Positions 40,594 to 54,829 of a stretch of 64,000 nt of DNA are shown one piece after another. The first letter of the stretch is position 1, and the number at the start of each line of letters is the position of its first letter. The translations under genes and the position numbers were made by a program. This DNA comes from Octopus sinensis (lineage: Eukaryota), in NCBI RefSeq assembly GCF_006345805.1, contig NC_043012.1, positions 13,454,001 through 13,518,000 of the forward strand, written 5' to 3'. Under the pieces are notes generated by a model, which had not been told where the DNA came from, ran no database searches, and saw nothing but the letters and a program-made list of their open reading frames with translations.

Positions 40594-41688
40594 TTACATC
40601 AGTAAGCCAAAAATTATTATGAGTAGCAGAGACATAATAGTTACTGAGAAAAATATGTATTTTTTTCCACCACGAATCATACGTTTAAAAACATCAGCAA
40701 ATTTTCCTTGTGTATTTTCTTCATCTGGGCTTTCTCGGATACATGTTTTACGTTGTGAAGTGCTTGGTTCAGGACTGATTTTTGTTATTTTGACTTTATT
40801 GGTAGAAATTATCGAGGCAAAACATGAAAACCCACTGATGGTTGTCAGAAATAAGAGATACACTAGATATATAGAGAAAGTTCGAGAATTATTAGACATT
40901 AGTTGAGACGCTTCAGAAAGAAGAACAATATTTGAGAGAAATAGTGTAACTGCATATGAAACTTTCTCTCCGGATTCAGCAGGCAATAAATAGACAGCTA
41001 ATATCAGTATTGTCAACATTATTACGGGTATAACTTTTGTTACTGTTACTAATGTGATTTTTCTTTTCGCTCGAATTACTGCGGTAGCTGTGAATTTACT
41101 TTCTGTAGAATTTGAGAAAAGAAACTCCCATTCATGGAATTCATTTTGAGGCCCTAAGTCGTATGTACAGCTACTAATCACGGCTTCTGATCTTGTCTTC
41201 TCTTCCATGCAAATTTCTAAATGACACATGTGCGCATCAAAAGGATATTTCTCCATATTGATCTTGCAGTATGTATGGAAAATTTTCTCTGTGTATAAAA
41301 ACACGATTCCATCATGTCGTACAGTAACTTTTTTATCCTCATCAAATTTTGATTTTCCTGTTACACTGTTACATATCTGAATGATTGGATGCCAAATTGC
41401 GCTTGCTTTGATAGTTACCCTGCTTATATTACCCTTTAATGTTTTATTCCACGCAAGATTAATATCGTACCATTTTGCTCCAAAAACAAGATTACTTGTT
41501 AGTACACCTTTTGAAATATCTAATTCAATAATCTCCCTTATGTCCAGGGACACATTTATCTTTAAGTTGCCAAAATTGTCGTTCATATATGTCACAAGGT
41601 CAGCGTAATTTCTGAATTCATCATTAAACAAAGTATTGTTTGACAGAACTGTCTCCGTTAACATAAAAAAGATTATCAATTTCATCAT
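40594..41688 (-). CDS. Chemotactile-receptor-like Cys-loop channel subunit (CR-4), single coding exon, 364 aa
   Basis: Signal peptide, FRNY, WYDINLAW, IWHPIIQICN, Cys-loop CKINMEKYPFDAHMC and LPAESGEKVS. Loop C is shortened and lacks Cys. Confidence 0.95.
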   Translation of the reverse strand: MMKLIIFFMLTETVLSNNTLFNDEFRNYADLVTYMNDNFGNLKINVSLDIREIIELDISKGVLTSNLVFGAKWYDINLAWNKTLKGNISRVTIKASAIWHPIIQICNSVTGKSKFDEDKKVTVRHDGIVFLYTEKIFHTYCKINMEKYPFDAHMCHLEICMEEKTRSEAVISSCTYDLGPQNEFHEWEFLFSNSTESKFTATAVIRAKRKITLVTVTKVIPVIMLTILILAVYLLPAESGEKVSYAVTLFLSNIVLLSEASQLMSNNSRTFSIYLVYLLFLTTISGFSCFASIISTNKVKITKISPEPSTSQRKTCIRESPDEENTQGKFADVFKRMIRGGKKYIFFSVTIMSLLLIIIFGLLM

Positions 41689-41922
41689 CCAAAATTTGCT
41701 GGAGTCGTTCCCTTCACTCTACTCTTCTTGCTGATTTAGATAACAATTTAGAGGGATAAAATAATTTTTTGAGACAGACAGGTTAAATCTTCTTTTTCAC
41801 TGTAGACTTATAAATTTCGCACGCTCAAGGAATTGTAAAAATACTGAAGTAAATACACCAACGGTTTATTATACATATAACAGTGATTCCGTGAGTGTAT
41901 GAGGGAGCTTTTGTGTGTGTAT

Positions 41923-41984
<62 letters not shown>

Positions 41985-42349
41985 ACACACACACACACAC
42001 ACACGTGTGTGTGTTTGTGTGCAGTATGCTTGCGTGTGCGTATACATGCGTGTACATATATGTACATTAACTGGATGTTATTTAACAATTTGAATATCAG
42101 TAACTTTAGTTATTAGCCAGGTAATATTTACTGAACGCAGAACTGATTTCTGTCACTTGTTCCTAATTTCAATAATTTATGAGTAAATATTGCCTTCGGA
42201 TATTAATTACCACGAATTCACAATTTTTGTATTTTCATATTTGCAGATGTAATTTTCATGCATATAATATGATACACTGTTTCCTTTAAAAGAAAAATCA
42301 ATACGAGATCAATTAAGTAAGGCGTAATTGTAAATACAATCCTAATAGC

Positions 42350-42362
42350 TTATGGATCAATT
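42350..42362 (-). promoter_or_regulatory. Conserved upstream 13-mer TTATGGATCAATT, CR-4 copy
   Basis: Exact match, 662 nt from the ATG. A partial second site GAGATCAATT lies at about 42305. Confidence 0.6.
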
Positions 42363-43091
42363 CGATATATATGATGCATCACACTATCTAAACATTTGTA
42401 CCTGATTTTACCTAAAGTAATTATCACCAACTCGTATATATACATTAAACATTTATTAATCGATTCATTTATAAAGATATTAATCAAATATTGAAACAGA
42501 CATTAATAAACACGAATATAAGTTTTATATAATCGATTATTATGCTAGATGCATCATCCCCATCTGTCATCTTAGGAAATAGAAGACATCTTTCAGTTAA
42601 TAAAGCCATACATAATATACTGTCTAACGAAAATGTGACATGAACATGACAAGAAAGACTTCATTTATTATTCAGATTTATGAAGCCTAATATGTGTATA
42701 TTAAAACATACAATAATATTGGGTTGGATATTTAGATAAACGTTAACATGATTTCAATTACTTGAAGTAATTAAAGTCATCTCGGCAATCATTCATATCA
42801 TAAATTGACCTGTGTCCTTCATCTCGCACCTAAATATAGTCATCAATAATCTTGCACCTAGTATTGAAAATCCTGCAGATATATATCTAAACGTTCTCTT
42901 ATTCTTTACAGTGACTTATTTCATCAACAAAATAGAATCTAGATGATATGATGTTACACATTTCAGTAAACGTAATTTTAAAGCAGGAATAATCTCAGAA
43001 GCACGATCGAGGGCACACGCAGTCGCATGTACGTATATTACATATTATGTGTTTGAGTGTGTGAGCATATGTGTGTGTGCGTGTGTGTGTG

Positions 43092-43140
<49 letters not shown>

Positions 43141-43452
43141 TGTGTGTGTGTCTGTGTGCGTTTGTGTGTGTATGTGTGTTTGTGTGTCTGAATATTGGCT
43201 ATGCTTGGACAAGGTTTTCATAAAATTTATAACCTACATGAATATTCCAAGTGCGCAGAGACACGACCTAACTAATATATATATATTATTCGTCCCTACA
43301 ATGGTAGTGAGTAGTCAGCGCAAGCAAGTGTATATACATATATATACATATGTATGTGTGTATTGTTTTCAACTGAGGAGTACGACTGCCATTACATGAG
43401 ACTGATGGCTGCATAACGCATGACACTACTAGTATACTTCAATATTCTAATA

Positions 43453-44126
43453 TCTATATATATAAAACTGTAGTTGTGTGAGTGTCTGTCCCCTTCGATT
43501 TAGATTCCTAACTACTCCCACATTTTGCGGTGCAGTTTAACCAAATTCGGGTATCTTATAGTCGTGATTCATATCGAGCCCGTCTGAGTATTAGCGCGCG
43601 TCTACGATGAGTCTACGATTTTAAAAATAATTTAACATCATTTTTTATTCCATTGAAATGCATAATTTTTCGTGTGTCGATGGCGGCGGAGTTGGCGTCC
43701 ATGGTCACACCTGCACCTGTGTTGCTTCTCCCCCTTCTTCCCTCCCTCGTGAAGCTGTGGGGAAGGGAGTGTAAGGAAATCAATGTCGTAAAGCGTTGTC
43801 AAGGAGACCAGCGTACTTTTAGAACAACGACTTCATGGCTTGAAGACACCAAAACAGAAATGGCTAAGAAAGCGTCTACATGAGTCTACGATTTAAAAAA
43901 AAAATTACCATCATTTTTTCCATTTTAATGCATTTTTTCGCTATTATATAAGGGAAGTAACTCTCTAAAAATGTCCACGATGAGGCAACGATTAAAAAAA
44001 ATAATTACCATCATTTTTTATTCCATTTTTATTGCATTTTTTTGCTATTTGTTTGCTATAACTCTCTAAAAATGCTTATATAGTTATTTCCCTTACAAGC
44101 CCGAGCAACGCCGGGCGATACTGCTA

Positions 44127-44127
<1 letters not shown>
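43453..44127 (+). mobile_element. Complete non-autonomous Helitron (675 bp)
   Basis: 5' TCTATATATATAAAA at 43453 is preceded by A. The 3' end has a subterminal hairpin GCCCG-AGCAACGC-CGGGC (44099-44116) and CTAG ending at 44127, followed by T. No target-site duplication; internal direct repeats at about 43608, 43880 and 43985. Confidence 0.85.
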
Positions 44128-44188
<61 letters not shown>

Positions 44189-45208
44189 TTATATACGTAA
44201 ATATTAAGATATGTATACCAATCTATAAATCATAATGCATACTCATTGTTGGCAGGAAAGTTACACCAGTATTATGAAAAGAGCAGAACCACTCAACTGA
44301 TAATGTGTCGCTATACAGATTTGGCCAAATCATATTTATATTCGGCAAATAACAGCTGACGCTAATCACAGGTACAGTTATACTGAAATGGATTAAACCC
44401 TGCTCATTCCAGTTTCTAATATCATAATTGTTTTTGTTTTTTTTTTAAATTTCGACCTACACTAATGAATGCACATGAATATCCAGTTTAAAAAAATCCT
44501 GTTGTACGATAGGATATAATAGTCGATTACCCGTAGTATTAATGCATGCAACACACCCTATCCCCTGGTTCCCCGGCCATAACCCTAGGACTTCTTTAAA
44601 CCACCTTACCAACACCGACCCTCGCACTATCAGCCCTCATCCTAATACACCACGCAATACACTTAACCAACTAACTGATCCGGCTATATCCACCATCTAA
44701 ATATGTAATGATAGCAATAGTATCACTAGACACGTGAACTATTATAAAATGTATCTCCCGGACGACTCCCTCACCAACTTAAAATGTACCAATGCTAATG
44801 CTGCAGTGGATAATGTGTATAACACCAGGTTAACTGCAGATAACCATAACACGCAAACTCCAATTTAGCATCATCCAGAATCCTATGAAGCTGTGGATGC
44901 CCCACCTCCTGTCCCATAGATAACAGGCTCCTCACAAAAATGTTGTATATAAATGTATGGTACTAACGGATGATTCCAAAGAAGTAAATATCGGTTTGTG
45001 TAGCACCACCTTCATTGTCAGTGTTGGTACCACAATTTAAGTTTTAAATCCCAAGAGAGAACTAACAGCACAGCTTTATCTAGGTTCATTCATAGCCTAA
45101 AACAAAAATCAGGTTTATACAATTCAAAATGGTACACCAGTATCAATGACAAATCGTATAACAAATGTGATCTCTGCATTGCAGAAGTATTATCTATTAT
45201 CAAAAAAG

Positions 45209-45531
45209 ACTCCGCCGGTTACGACGACGAGGGTCCCAGCTGATACGATCAACGGAACAGCTTGCTCGTGAAATTAACGTGCAAATGGCTGAGCATTCCA
45301 CAGACACGTGTACCCTTAACGTAGTTCTCGGGGATAATCAGCGTGACACAGAGAGTGACAAGGCTGACCCTTTGAAATACAAGTACAACTCATTTTTGCC
45401 AGCTGAGTGGACTGGAGCAACGTGAAATAAAGTGTCTTGCTCAAGGACACAACGCGTCGCCGAGAATCGAACCCACAACCTTACGATCATGAGCCGAATG
45501 CCCTAACCACTAAGCCACGCGCCCTCACGTT
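45209..45531 (-). mobile_element. Near full-length tRNA-derived SINE
   Basis: Minus strand has A-box TGGCTTAGTGG and B-box GGTTCGATTC, then GTGTCCTTGAGCAAGACACTTTA and a well-preserved body. Confidence 0.8.
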
Positions 45532-46252
45532 ATCTATTATACAATACAACGAATGCCTGCATGAACGGATCGACCTAATTCTTAATTGTAAACGCAAATT
45601 ATGTAACGCATTAATAATGTACAAATAATAGCGCCTTCCCCAGTCGTTTCCTATCTATCCTTCTACCCCTACTTGAAGCTTCTGTATGTATTATTTTTTA
45701 GCTTCATTATATTTTCTTAACATCGTGCTCTCCCTACAACTTCTTCTCTGCACACGAGAATATACAGGCGCGTATGCGCGCGCACAATATCTATAGGAAA
45801 CTACAGACGCACAAAGAATGCGTGCGCGTGCCCACGGATAAGCGTATGTATAGTTTTACTGTTAAGTAGTAAGCTATCACTTTACCTCATAATAATATGT
45901 TCTCTTAATGACTTGTAACTTTGTCCGTCATCGCCCTCTCTTTATCCCCCCTTTCTCTATTCTCTCCAACTAGATCCACCTTGCTTCCACTCCTAAATAA
46001 ATGAAATATTCTCTGCCTTTTCTTCTCATTCTTGACAGTCCCACGTCTAAATGTCTACTCTTTTCTGCTCTTTGATTTTGTTTAAATGTGTACTGTTGGC
46101 TGCGACAAGGGATTCGTATTTTACTGTTCACATTGTAAATGAACCCAACTTAATGTTCACAACGATCAATCTAACCTAAATTACTTCCCCTTTTCTTTAA
46201 TCTTCACAACCTTAGACAATACGCCTCTTCCATATCTTATTCCTTCATATAG

Positions 46253-46408
46253 GCGCAGCTGTGGGCATATAGATGCAGGTATGGCTGTGAAGTAAGAAGC
46301 ATGGATCTCAACCACATGGTTCCATGTTCAGTCACACTGCGTGGCACCTTCAGCAAGTATCTTCTACTATAGCCACGGGCCGACCACCGTCTTGCGTCGC
46401 GTAGGTAT

Positions 46409-46449
<41 letters not shown>

Positions 46450-46660
46450 TTTATTTAAAGCAGCAGAAAATTCAACAAAACCTGTTACTCTGAGTTTCAC
46501 GTTCCCGTTCGTCGGACAGGTCCGACGAACGGGAACGTGTAACTCACAGTAACAGGTTTTGTTGAATTTTCTGCTGCTTTAAATAAAGCATATTACTCAA
46601 CCCTGGTATTTGAATACTCTTTTCTCCACCTTGTTTCACATTTATGTGTTAACTCCGGTA

Positions 46661-46700
<40 letters not shown>

Positions 46701-46985
46701 CACATACATATATACATATATATATATATACATATACATATTCATGTCTATATATGTATGTATGTGTATGTCTTTCTTTCTGTTTTTCCCACCACCGCTT
46801 GGCAACCGATGTTTGTGTGCTTGTGCCTCTGTAATGTGGCGGTTCAGCAAATGAGAACGACAGAATGGGTACCAAGATTTAAGAAAATTGATAATTGCTA
46901 GGATCGATTCATTCATTCGACTAAAAGTTTACGTCGCTGCCTCAGCATGGCCGCAGTCTAATAGCTGAAATTAGTAAAAGATAAA
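46253..46985 (+). mobile_element. SINE (head 46253-46400, tail 46770-46985) whose internal microsatellite contains an insertion
   Basis: Head GGTATGGCTGTGAAGTAAG...GTTCAGTCACACTGCGTGGCACC matches 53865-53950; the tail matches 54340-54570. Confidence 0.6.
46450..46587. repeat. Near-perfect 68-bp-arm palindrome with a 2-nt spacer
   Basis: 46450-46517 is the reverse complement of 46520-46587 with 2 mismatches. Confidence 0.95.
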
Positions 46986-49900
46986 AGACATGTTTTTATA
47001 TATTTTTTCACCCCGATAGGAAACAGATGTAGACTCAATTTTACCTGTTCCATTCCCACAATTTAGATTTTTATTTGCATTCATAGCAAGCCTACTTGCC
47101 AAACCTGAACTATAGAAAGACTTTTTTCAGTTCATGAAACTTTGATATGGGAAAAACCTATCACCTTCTACGCCAGTAATCTATGATTGTTCTTGAAAGT
47201 TGATTTTATTCCTACTCACAGCTTACTAAGTTCCTAGACCACTATACTTGGATTTTCAGCATTAGCTTTCGAGAGAGCCAGATACTTTTCAGCCATGTAA
47301 GACCTTATCACCAACATGTACTCATGACAAAATGCAATTCTGCGGATCATAGTAAATTCATTTAGGATTTGAAAGATAGGGACATTAACTACAATATAAT
47401 GTGATATATTATTAGTTACGTTCCATTATACAATGCTGGCAATTGTATATGTAATCTTTACGAGAAATATACTATAGGACTTCCAAATTTAAATGATTAA
47501 ATTGAAGAAAATATTAGGTTGAAATATTCACATAAATATTCAAAATTACTTAAATTTTTATACATGTTTCAGGCCATGAGCTCCAGTCATGCTGGGGCAT
47601 TGCCATTAGCTTTGCTAGACTTTCACTATTTGAAACCTCCTCTAATATTGCAGCATTTGGTGAATGTAGTAGTTTGATATTGATGCCTTCATCTTCGTTC
47701 ATATTGGCACACTTCATTGGAGGAATTCGAATTTGGATGTGAAGACACCAACATCCACCCCAGATAGGCTCCTCGAACTTTGGGGGATGATGCTGAAGAG
47801 CTGTGGAACATTGAAACCAAACTCTTGTATTATCTGGTCATGTATCTTGAAAGCTATGCGGTGATACTATTCTGCAGTTTGAGTAACCTTCAATGCCAAA
47901 GTTTGCTACAAGTCCTTCCAGAATTTTCCTAATATATCTCTCTGAATATCTTCCAAACCTTTTATTTTCTATTTTCCCTTTATAGCTTCTTCGTATCTCT
48001 GGTTCTTCACATTGGTTATCTTAGGACCCTAGTGCTGGAGCCTCCTTCCCTGGCAGGTAGTTCACTCATGGTTTCATGTTTGAAATTTGTGATTGGGTAG
48101 AGCAAGGAGAACATCTCTAACTCACATGAATTTCCCCATCGTTGTCATGTTTTACTTGTTTTCAAAGACAGTGCAAAGGATTGGAATGTAAAGTCTGATG
48201 AGAGCATAGGAGCGGATGAAATCTTGCTTCTTTCGTATAATCTGAGCTGTAGTCCTTGTATAACCGTTGTTCAATAGTGTTCTTTAGAAATTAAGAAAAT
48301 AATTAATTAGAGCACTGAAACAGACAGCAGTACTGATATAAGTTCAAAAGCCAGAAAGCACAAACTTTACTGATCAGTCAACCATTTTATCACATTTCAC
48401 AAATCCACGTGCCTAACGGCAGGCAAATTCTCAATGTGTAAATTTAAAGAATGTTAGTTCTGCAACGTTATTGTGGTACGTAAAAAGTAAAACACCATAC
48501 CATTAGCTAGAGATGGTTTCTTCTAAGGGTGAATACCTACGTCCGTTCAATATTATTATTTTAGGAATTAAGGTTTCTTGAATGGTATGCTGTTCTCTAC
48601 TCTGTTTCTTCAGATTGTGTTCGGGCTCTACGAAAATACTCTAACACAGGCAAGTATTTTATAGATCTTCGCAATTTTATCATACCTTTTTTATATGTAC
48701 ATATCAATAGTATATTATATCAATTTTATGTGTATATCATTGCTTTTCCTATAACCTAATAGGTATCATTTTGCGAACGTTTTTATTTTAGCCTTCAGAT
48801 AACTATATGTCTTGACTTAGAATTTCCGTCTAATCTTTCCTTATCTACTGGCGGTATCAAACGTATATATAGTAACCTGGTTTATCTTGAGAGCGGTGTT
48901 CATTACAGATTTCCCCTGATACACTTCCGGTTATTGCAGGAAACGGAACTTATACAGGTACAATTATACGTGTCTCCTCATGCCAGATTGTAAATTACGG
49001 CTGTCCATAAGTATTCGTTTGTCTTTTATAGCTGCTGAAGTGGACTAAGGCTTTACAATTGAGGCAATTGACTGCAGAGCAGTGATCAGGTTATTATACT
49101 TCAATGGACATACACGATGAGACGAATGAAGTTTATAGTAACGATGCACCATCATACGAAAGTGGAATTTTTCACTTCATTATTTGAGTTCTTCATTTGA
49201 TACTCTGTCATTTAGTACTAATAATGACTATTTTAAAGTAATATCCGGTGTAATTATTTTCTTCTTTGATTCTCTCAGCTTGTGCAAACTCGGCACAGAA
49301 CGAACGCATAACTCAAAAATACGTAATGAATAATGGCTAAATTTTCCCCAACTCTGTAAGACTGCTTCGAATTTCACTCCAGTCAATATCCTGGTAACAA
49401 AAGTATTCATATTTTACTATCCTTTATAGCATATCAACATTTTTGTGTTTACTATTGAAATCTTGCATCATTGTATATTCGCCACATGATTCCCGAACTT
49501 ATTATATATAGTTTATTTGCTGAAAGCGATATATGCTAAGTAGATTTGAACTTTTCTTTTATAGATGCATACATTTGGTTATTTCAATCATTTTTACACC
49601 TGCTCTGTGTCTAATTAGTATTTAGCATTTCTTTGCTGGAGATCACTACGAGAAATATTCTTTCAATTGTATTTGAATTTTTGAATGACATATCTAAGTT
49701 TTAAGAACGTAAAATAATTGGAATATAAAATAAAAATTTCAACAATGCCTGGGATATTTTGTATATAGATATAGGATAGATATTTGATAAAGCATAAAAC
49801 ATGTGTTATGAAAATTCATTACATATATTTAGTCCAAATTTTCCATTTTTCTGTCAATTGCCAATTATGTGTTCGGCTTGGGAACAAATACCACCATATG

Positions 49901-50228
49901 TACACGGTTATAAACATTAGATAATAAACAACCACTGTTAAATGTCGAACAGGAGGCACTGCTCAGAAACCAGTATCTTGGTCGGTTTTGTTTCGTGACT
50001 CAATGTTATTACTGTAGGGTGAAGACAACCAGGTATATTCAATTAGACCTTTGACTTTCTTGAAAAGTTTTAGGAAGTTGACCCTAGGTTGCTAAATCAA
50101 AATTTCTAAAACCTGATTGTTACAAGGGTATTCTCCTCCACTTCTTTATGATTGATAATCCGCTAAGTTCAACATAACATCAGCTCAATATATCTGTTTG
50201 TATGTCTTTCTCTTTTTGTCTTTCTTTT

Positions 50229-50280
<52 letters not shown>

Positions 50281-50679
50281 ATATATATATATATATATAC
50301 ATACAAATTTATCGAGGGAATCGATGCCGCAACAAGTGGTGAAATAATTCTGTAGTTGACTCAAGACCTTCCACCACGACTGTTGACATATAGTATGTCA
50401 TCCACTGATGTAGACGACAAAATTGACACACAATAGCTCTTGCTTTATTGAATCTTATCTTCACGTTTTGGGCTAGCTGCTTTTATCCTCTTCAGTGCGC
50501 GTTCCTTCTGCCAGATTTAATAGTTTACGGTCTCATTAGCTTCCAACAACTTTTATGCAACGTCTTTTCTGTCCTTCACAACTAGTCAAGTGACCTGCCC
50601 ATCGAGTGAAACTTCTTTCCAAAAGACCCTATAACACCTACCTCTGAAGCAAAGCATATTAGCCATTGGTTTGCCTGTT

Positions 50680-51400
50680 CAAACTATTCACCGTATTTTC
50701 TGTTTTCCCCGTGGCAGACCACGCTTGTGATATTCGACACATATCATATTCCCTATACAGTTACCATATAAACCACTTATTTTAAGAAAATAATTTATAA
50801 ATATTTTCTTTTCAATTCGAATACTTTTGCGATTAAATCTGGTCGTTGATGTGGCTGTTGATCCCCGAAAAGATGCTGTCATGTTTTGACCAGTTTGGTT
50901 TGCACGTCTTTGCAAAAAGACGTGATGCATTTCCATACGCCATTATATACATCATGGCATCCTGAGAAGGTTCCATCATATATCTAAGACCACCAAGGAA
51001 CGTTGAAGTGAGAACAAACATTTTTCCAATGTTTCAGAAAACATCATCATCATTTGATGCATCAGCTAGGCCCCAATATATAGTTGATCCAACGGTTCCT
51101 TGATTCATTCTCATAAAAGAATCTCTCTTGCCCTCAATCTCAGCAGCAATATGCGCCAAGTATTGCTGAAGCAGACGTCCTCCTCTCAGAAGTTGATTGA
51201 ACTAATTTTCGTGGTTCAAATGCGATATGCATAGTAAAACATTGATCGGGTTGAACTTGAGCACACGGTCCCGCTGGGCATTATTCGTCCCTCCCTCCAT
51301 GAGGCTGTAGGCAGCACCTTTACACATGTCCAGGAAGAATGAAGTTGATTTTCGACCGGTTGGAGATTTTAGACGTCTTAACACTGTCGCTATTCCGGAT
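50680..51400 (-). mobile_element. Helitron Rep (HUH) domain fragment
   Basis: LTSTFLGGLRYMME.SQDAMMYIMAYG...TCKPNW and VEYHKRGLP match the Helitron GGPRYM...QDAM...TCNPxW and VEFQKRGLPH motifs. Confidence 0.8.
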
Positions 51401-52736
51401 CACTATTCGCTCCCAAATGTGCAGATTTTTCGTCTGGCTCTGTGTATCACATATATTGTCCATACAACTGTATTGTCATATTAAATTCTTCTGTGCCCTC
51501 CTATCACACATGTACTTCGCCTTCCTTACTTTTATTCAACCGCTTCCGGTCTAAGGGAGGGTGTAGGCACAGTTGCCTCATTTGACAGCGACTATTTGAA
51601 CAAGCTCGCAGCAACACGGCGTAAAAGCGGTTAGCTGCTGACTCGAAACTTTGGGACTTCGTTTATCGCGACGAGATACCATGCTGAGAAGACATGACCT
51701 AGTTGGCTCTCGTACGACATACGCCAGCTAGTAGCCATGAGGTAGTACACAGAAGATGAACATGGCCTGTATTCATCAAATTCTTTCCTTTATTGTTCAA
51801 TTGTATATGTTTGAGACCTCGAGTAAAGGTATTTAAAGTTAGTTTCGTTCTATGAATTCATTGCACCATGTTCTTTTATCAAATGATATTACAGCCTTCT
51901 GAGCGGCGTCATCATTAGATGCCTCCACAACCTGAGAACACCACCATCTAAATACTAATAATTATCTATCCTGAAATACGCATCCCATGCTGTATATATT
52001 TCATGTGTTTGCATATGTCAGAGTATGACTGTGTGTTTGTGTAGTCAGCAACCAGGTTTGAAAAGGAAACTAATTAGGCATGAATTTTATTAAAATATTT
52101 CAGCATTTTTTAGTACAGAGTAGAAACATGCACACCAGCACATGCAGTATTTGGATCTTTTGACAGCATACGATATAATTTTTATCGAGTTTCAGCCATA
52201 CTTCGTTATTTGGTTTATGTGATTTGAAGGAAGAATGTGACCGCCGGTGGTAACCGAAAAATTGTCACCGAAGCACTTATCTTCTCAAGGGAAACAACTC
52301 TTTGATACACTTACGTCATTTTAATCAACAACTACTTTTAATTTCCATATAAACATATTTAAATCATTTTCAAAATTTTTAATGATTTTCTTTAATTCTT
52401 TCACTTTCTTAATTTAAATTATTCAAATCATTTTTCAATTTTTTTTGTGTAACTTTAACTATTCTCATTCTTCGAGCATATGTAACTCATCCTTTATTAA
52501 GTATTGCCGAGTTCTTCCCCTTCAAAATATTTCGGTTAGACTCTTTGGTAACAGCGTCGGTGCTTTTTTTCTTTGTGTGTGTATGTGTGTGTGCGTGTGT
52601 GTGTATGTGTGTGTGTATGTACGTATGTGTGATAGTCAAATACGACAGATGGAGACAGGTATCTTGAAATGGGGAAAATTTGTATAGGATGTCGGGAAAC
52701 GCTGAAAAATGGATGGGAATTATCCCTGCTGTTATA

Positions 52737-52787
<51 letters not shown>

Positions 52788-52832
52788 TGTATATTATATA
52801 TATATATTATATATATATATATTTGTATTTAT

Positions 52833-52910
<78 letters not shown>

Positions 52911-53864
52911 ATTTATATACATTCATACATAGCTACATACATACACACACATACACACGTACGTTGTCATTAAGATGCTGACTTTGTAACCAACTGGTAT
53001 CGGGCTCAGTGTCGCTCCGTGATATTTTTGCTTCACGTAACCAATAGGATCGGATAACCAAAGCCATGTAAACGAATTTGTTAGACGGAAACTGTGTGAA
53101 AGCCTATCGTTATGTGCTATGAATGCTCAGTCTGGTTTACCACTAAATGTTTTCAACAGTTTGTCTTACACCTAAACAGTTTTTCACGTATTGCACTACA
53201 AGCGAATGTTAGATGTTGAGACTGCCTATCAGAAGCTGCTACATGTGGGTTTTAATTGTGTAAGTAGATATACAGCTGTTTCTAGAATAGCCAATCATAT
53301 GGATCATCATATTTAGAAAGGATTCCATAGCGTGAGTATTCTATCACCAGAGGAGTAGAAGACAGGGAGATGTCAAAAATGACGGAATATCCCAAGTCGA
53401 GGATATCACTGTATTTCAGTTTGACAAAAATGGGGGAAGGATCAGGATAAATTAAAACTGCATTAGGTAAATCCATGATCATATGAGAAGTACAGTTATA
53501 GATAATGCCCAATAGGTGTTTCAAATAAGAATGTGAGATGATAATCCATGGCGAGCAATAGTGGAAGTTACCATTTCCTAATTTGAATAGAGAATGAATA
53601 AATATAAAATGGGAATATTATATTATAGTCAGGAGCGAAGACAGACAAGGGCGTGTAGTAAAATAGATATATACTACTTAGTATATTTCAAAGACGTTAG
53701 AGGTTGAATGTATACAGACAGATAGATGGGGGTTGAAAACTAGATATTAGAAACTGTCAAATGATCATCAATGTGGGTAAGAATTAGCAAAACTGTGACG
53801 GTGGACATGAGGGGACATTTAAAACTCATCTGGATATAGCGGTGTCATAATATTAAATATAAAT

Positions 53865-54162
53865 ATAGGTGCAGGGGTGGCTGTGTGGTAACAGGCTTAA
53901 CAACCACATGGTTCTTGGTTCGACCCAACTGCGTGGAAACTTGGGCAAAATCCTTTAGTAGAAGGAAACAGAAATAAGCTCCTCGTATGTATTATGTTTT
54001 CTCTTTGTGTTTTCATGTTTGGATTAACTTTATATACCGCAAGCTCACCCGGACACCGGCCTTCCAAATCTTCCTTCTTTCCTTCCTGAACGTCCAATAA
54101 TACTATATTTGTTCCACGTCCTCGCGTTGTTGTGTTTTCTCTTTGTGTTTTCATGTTTGGAT

Positions 54163-54210
<48 letters not shown>

Positions 54211-54244
54211 GTGTGTGTGTGTGGTGTGTGTGTGTGGGTGTGTG

Positions 54245-54278
<34 letters not shown>

Positions 54279-54570
54279 ATGTATGAATGTATGAATATAT
54301 GTATGTATGTATGTATCTATGTATATGTTCATGTGTCTATTTGTCCCGCTACCATCGCTTGACAAGCAATAATTCCCCTCTTGATTTCCAACCCTCCTAG
54401 TTCTTGATTCTCTGCTGTCCCCTAACTATGTGGTTCGGCAAATGAGACCGATAGAATAAGTACTAGGTTAACAAAAAATAAACCCAGTTGTTGATTTGTT
54501 CGACTGATGGCGGTGCTCCACCATGGCCGCAGTCAAATTACTTAAACAAATAAAAGAATAAAAGAATAAA
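53865..54570 (+). mobile_element. SINE with an inserted repeat-bearing fragment (53960-54165) and microsatellites
   Basis: SINE head and tail as at 46253-46985. The insert carries the direct repeat TGTTTTCTCTTTGTGTTTTCATGTTTGGATTAACT at about 53996 and 54133. Confidence 0.55.
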
Positions 54571-54829
54571 CCTTAAAATTTGAATCGAATAATTTGGGAT
54601 GTTAATGAATGTGCATATTCATTAGGTACCGAGAGATGCAAAACAAAGATTTAAAACGATAAATCAAAGTTAAGTCAAAAGTAAATATTTATAAGTTAAT
54701 AGATTAGGGGCATTCATTTATTCAGTTTAAAAGTATAGTGAAATTAGTAGGCCATTTTTTTTAGATATTACACTTAACTTACACAATAATTCGTGCTTCC
54801 CATATCACAGACCATCAACCAATCTTTAT

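Noticed and set aside
45480-45531. tRNA gene
   Set aside because: The A and B boxes are followed by a SINE body and there is no complete cloverleaf; the same applies to the other SINE heads.
53282-53524. 80-aa ORF with protein-like composition
   Set aside because: Alternative start, no recognisable domain and no splice context; probably old transposon debris.
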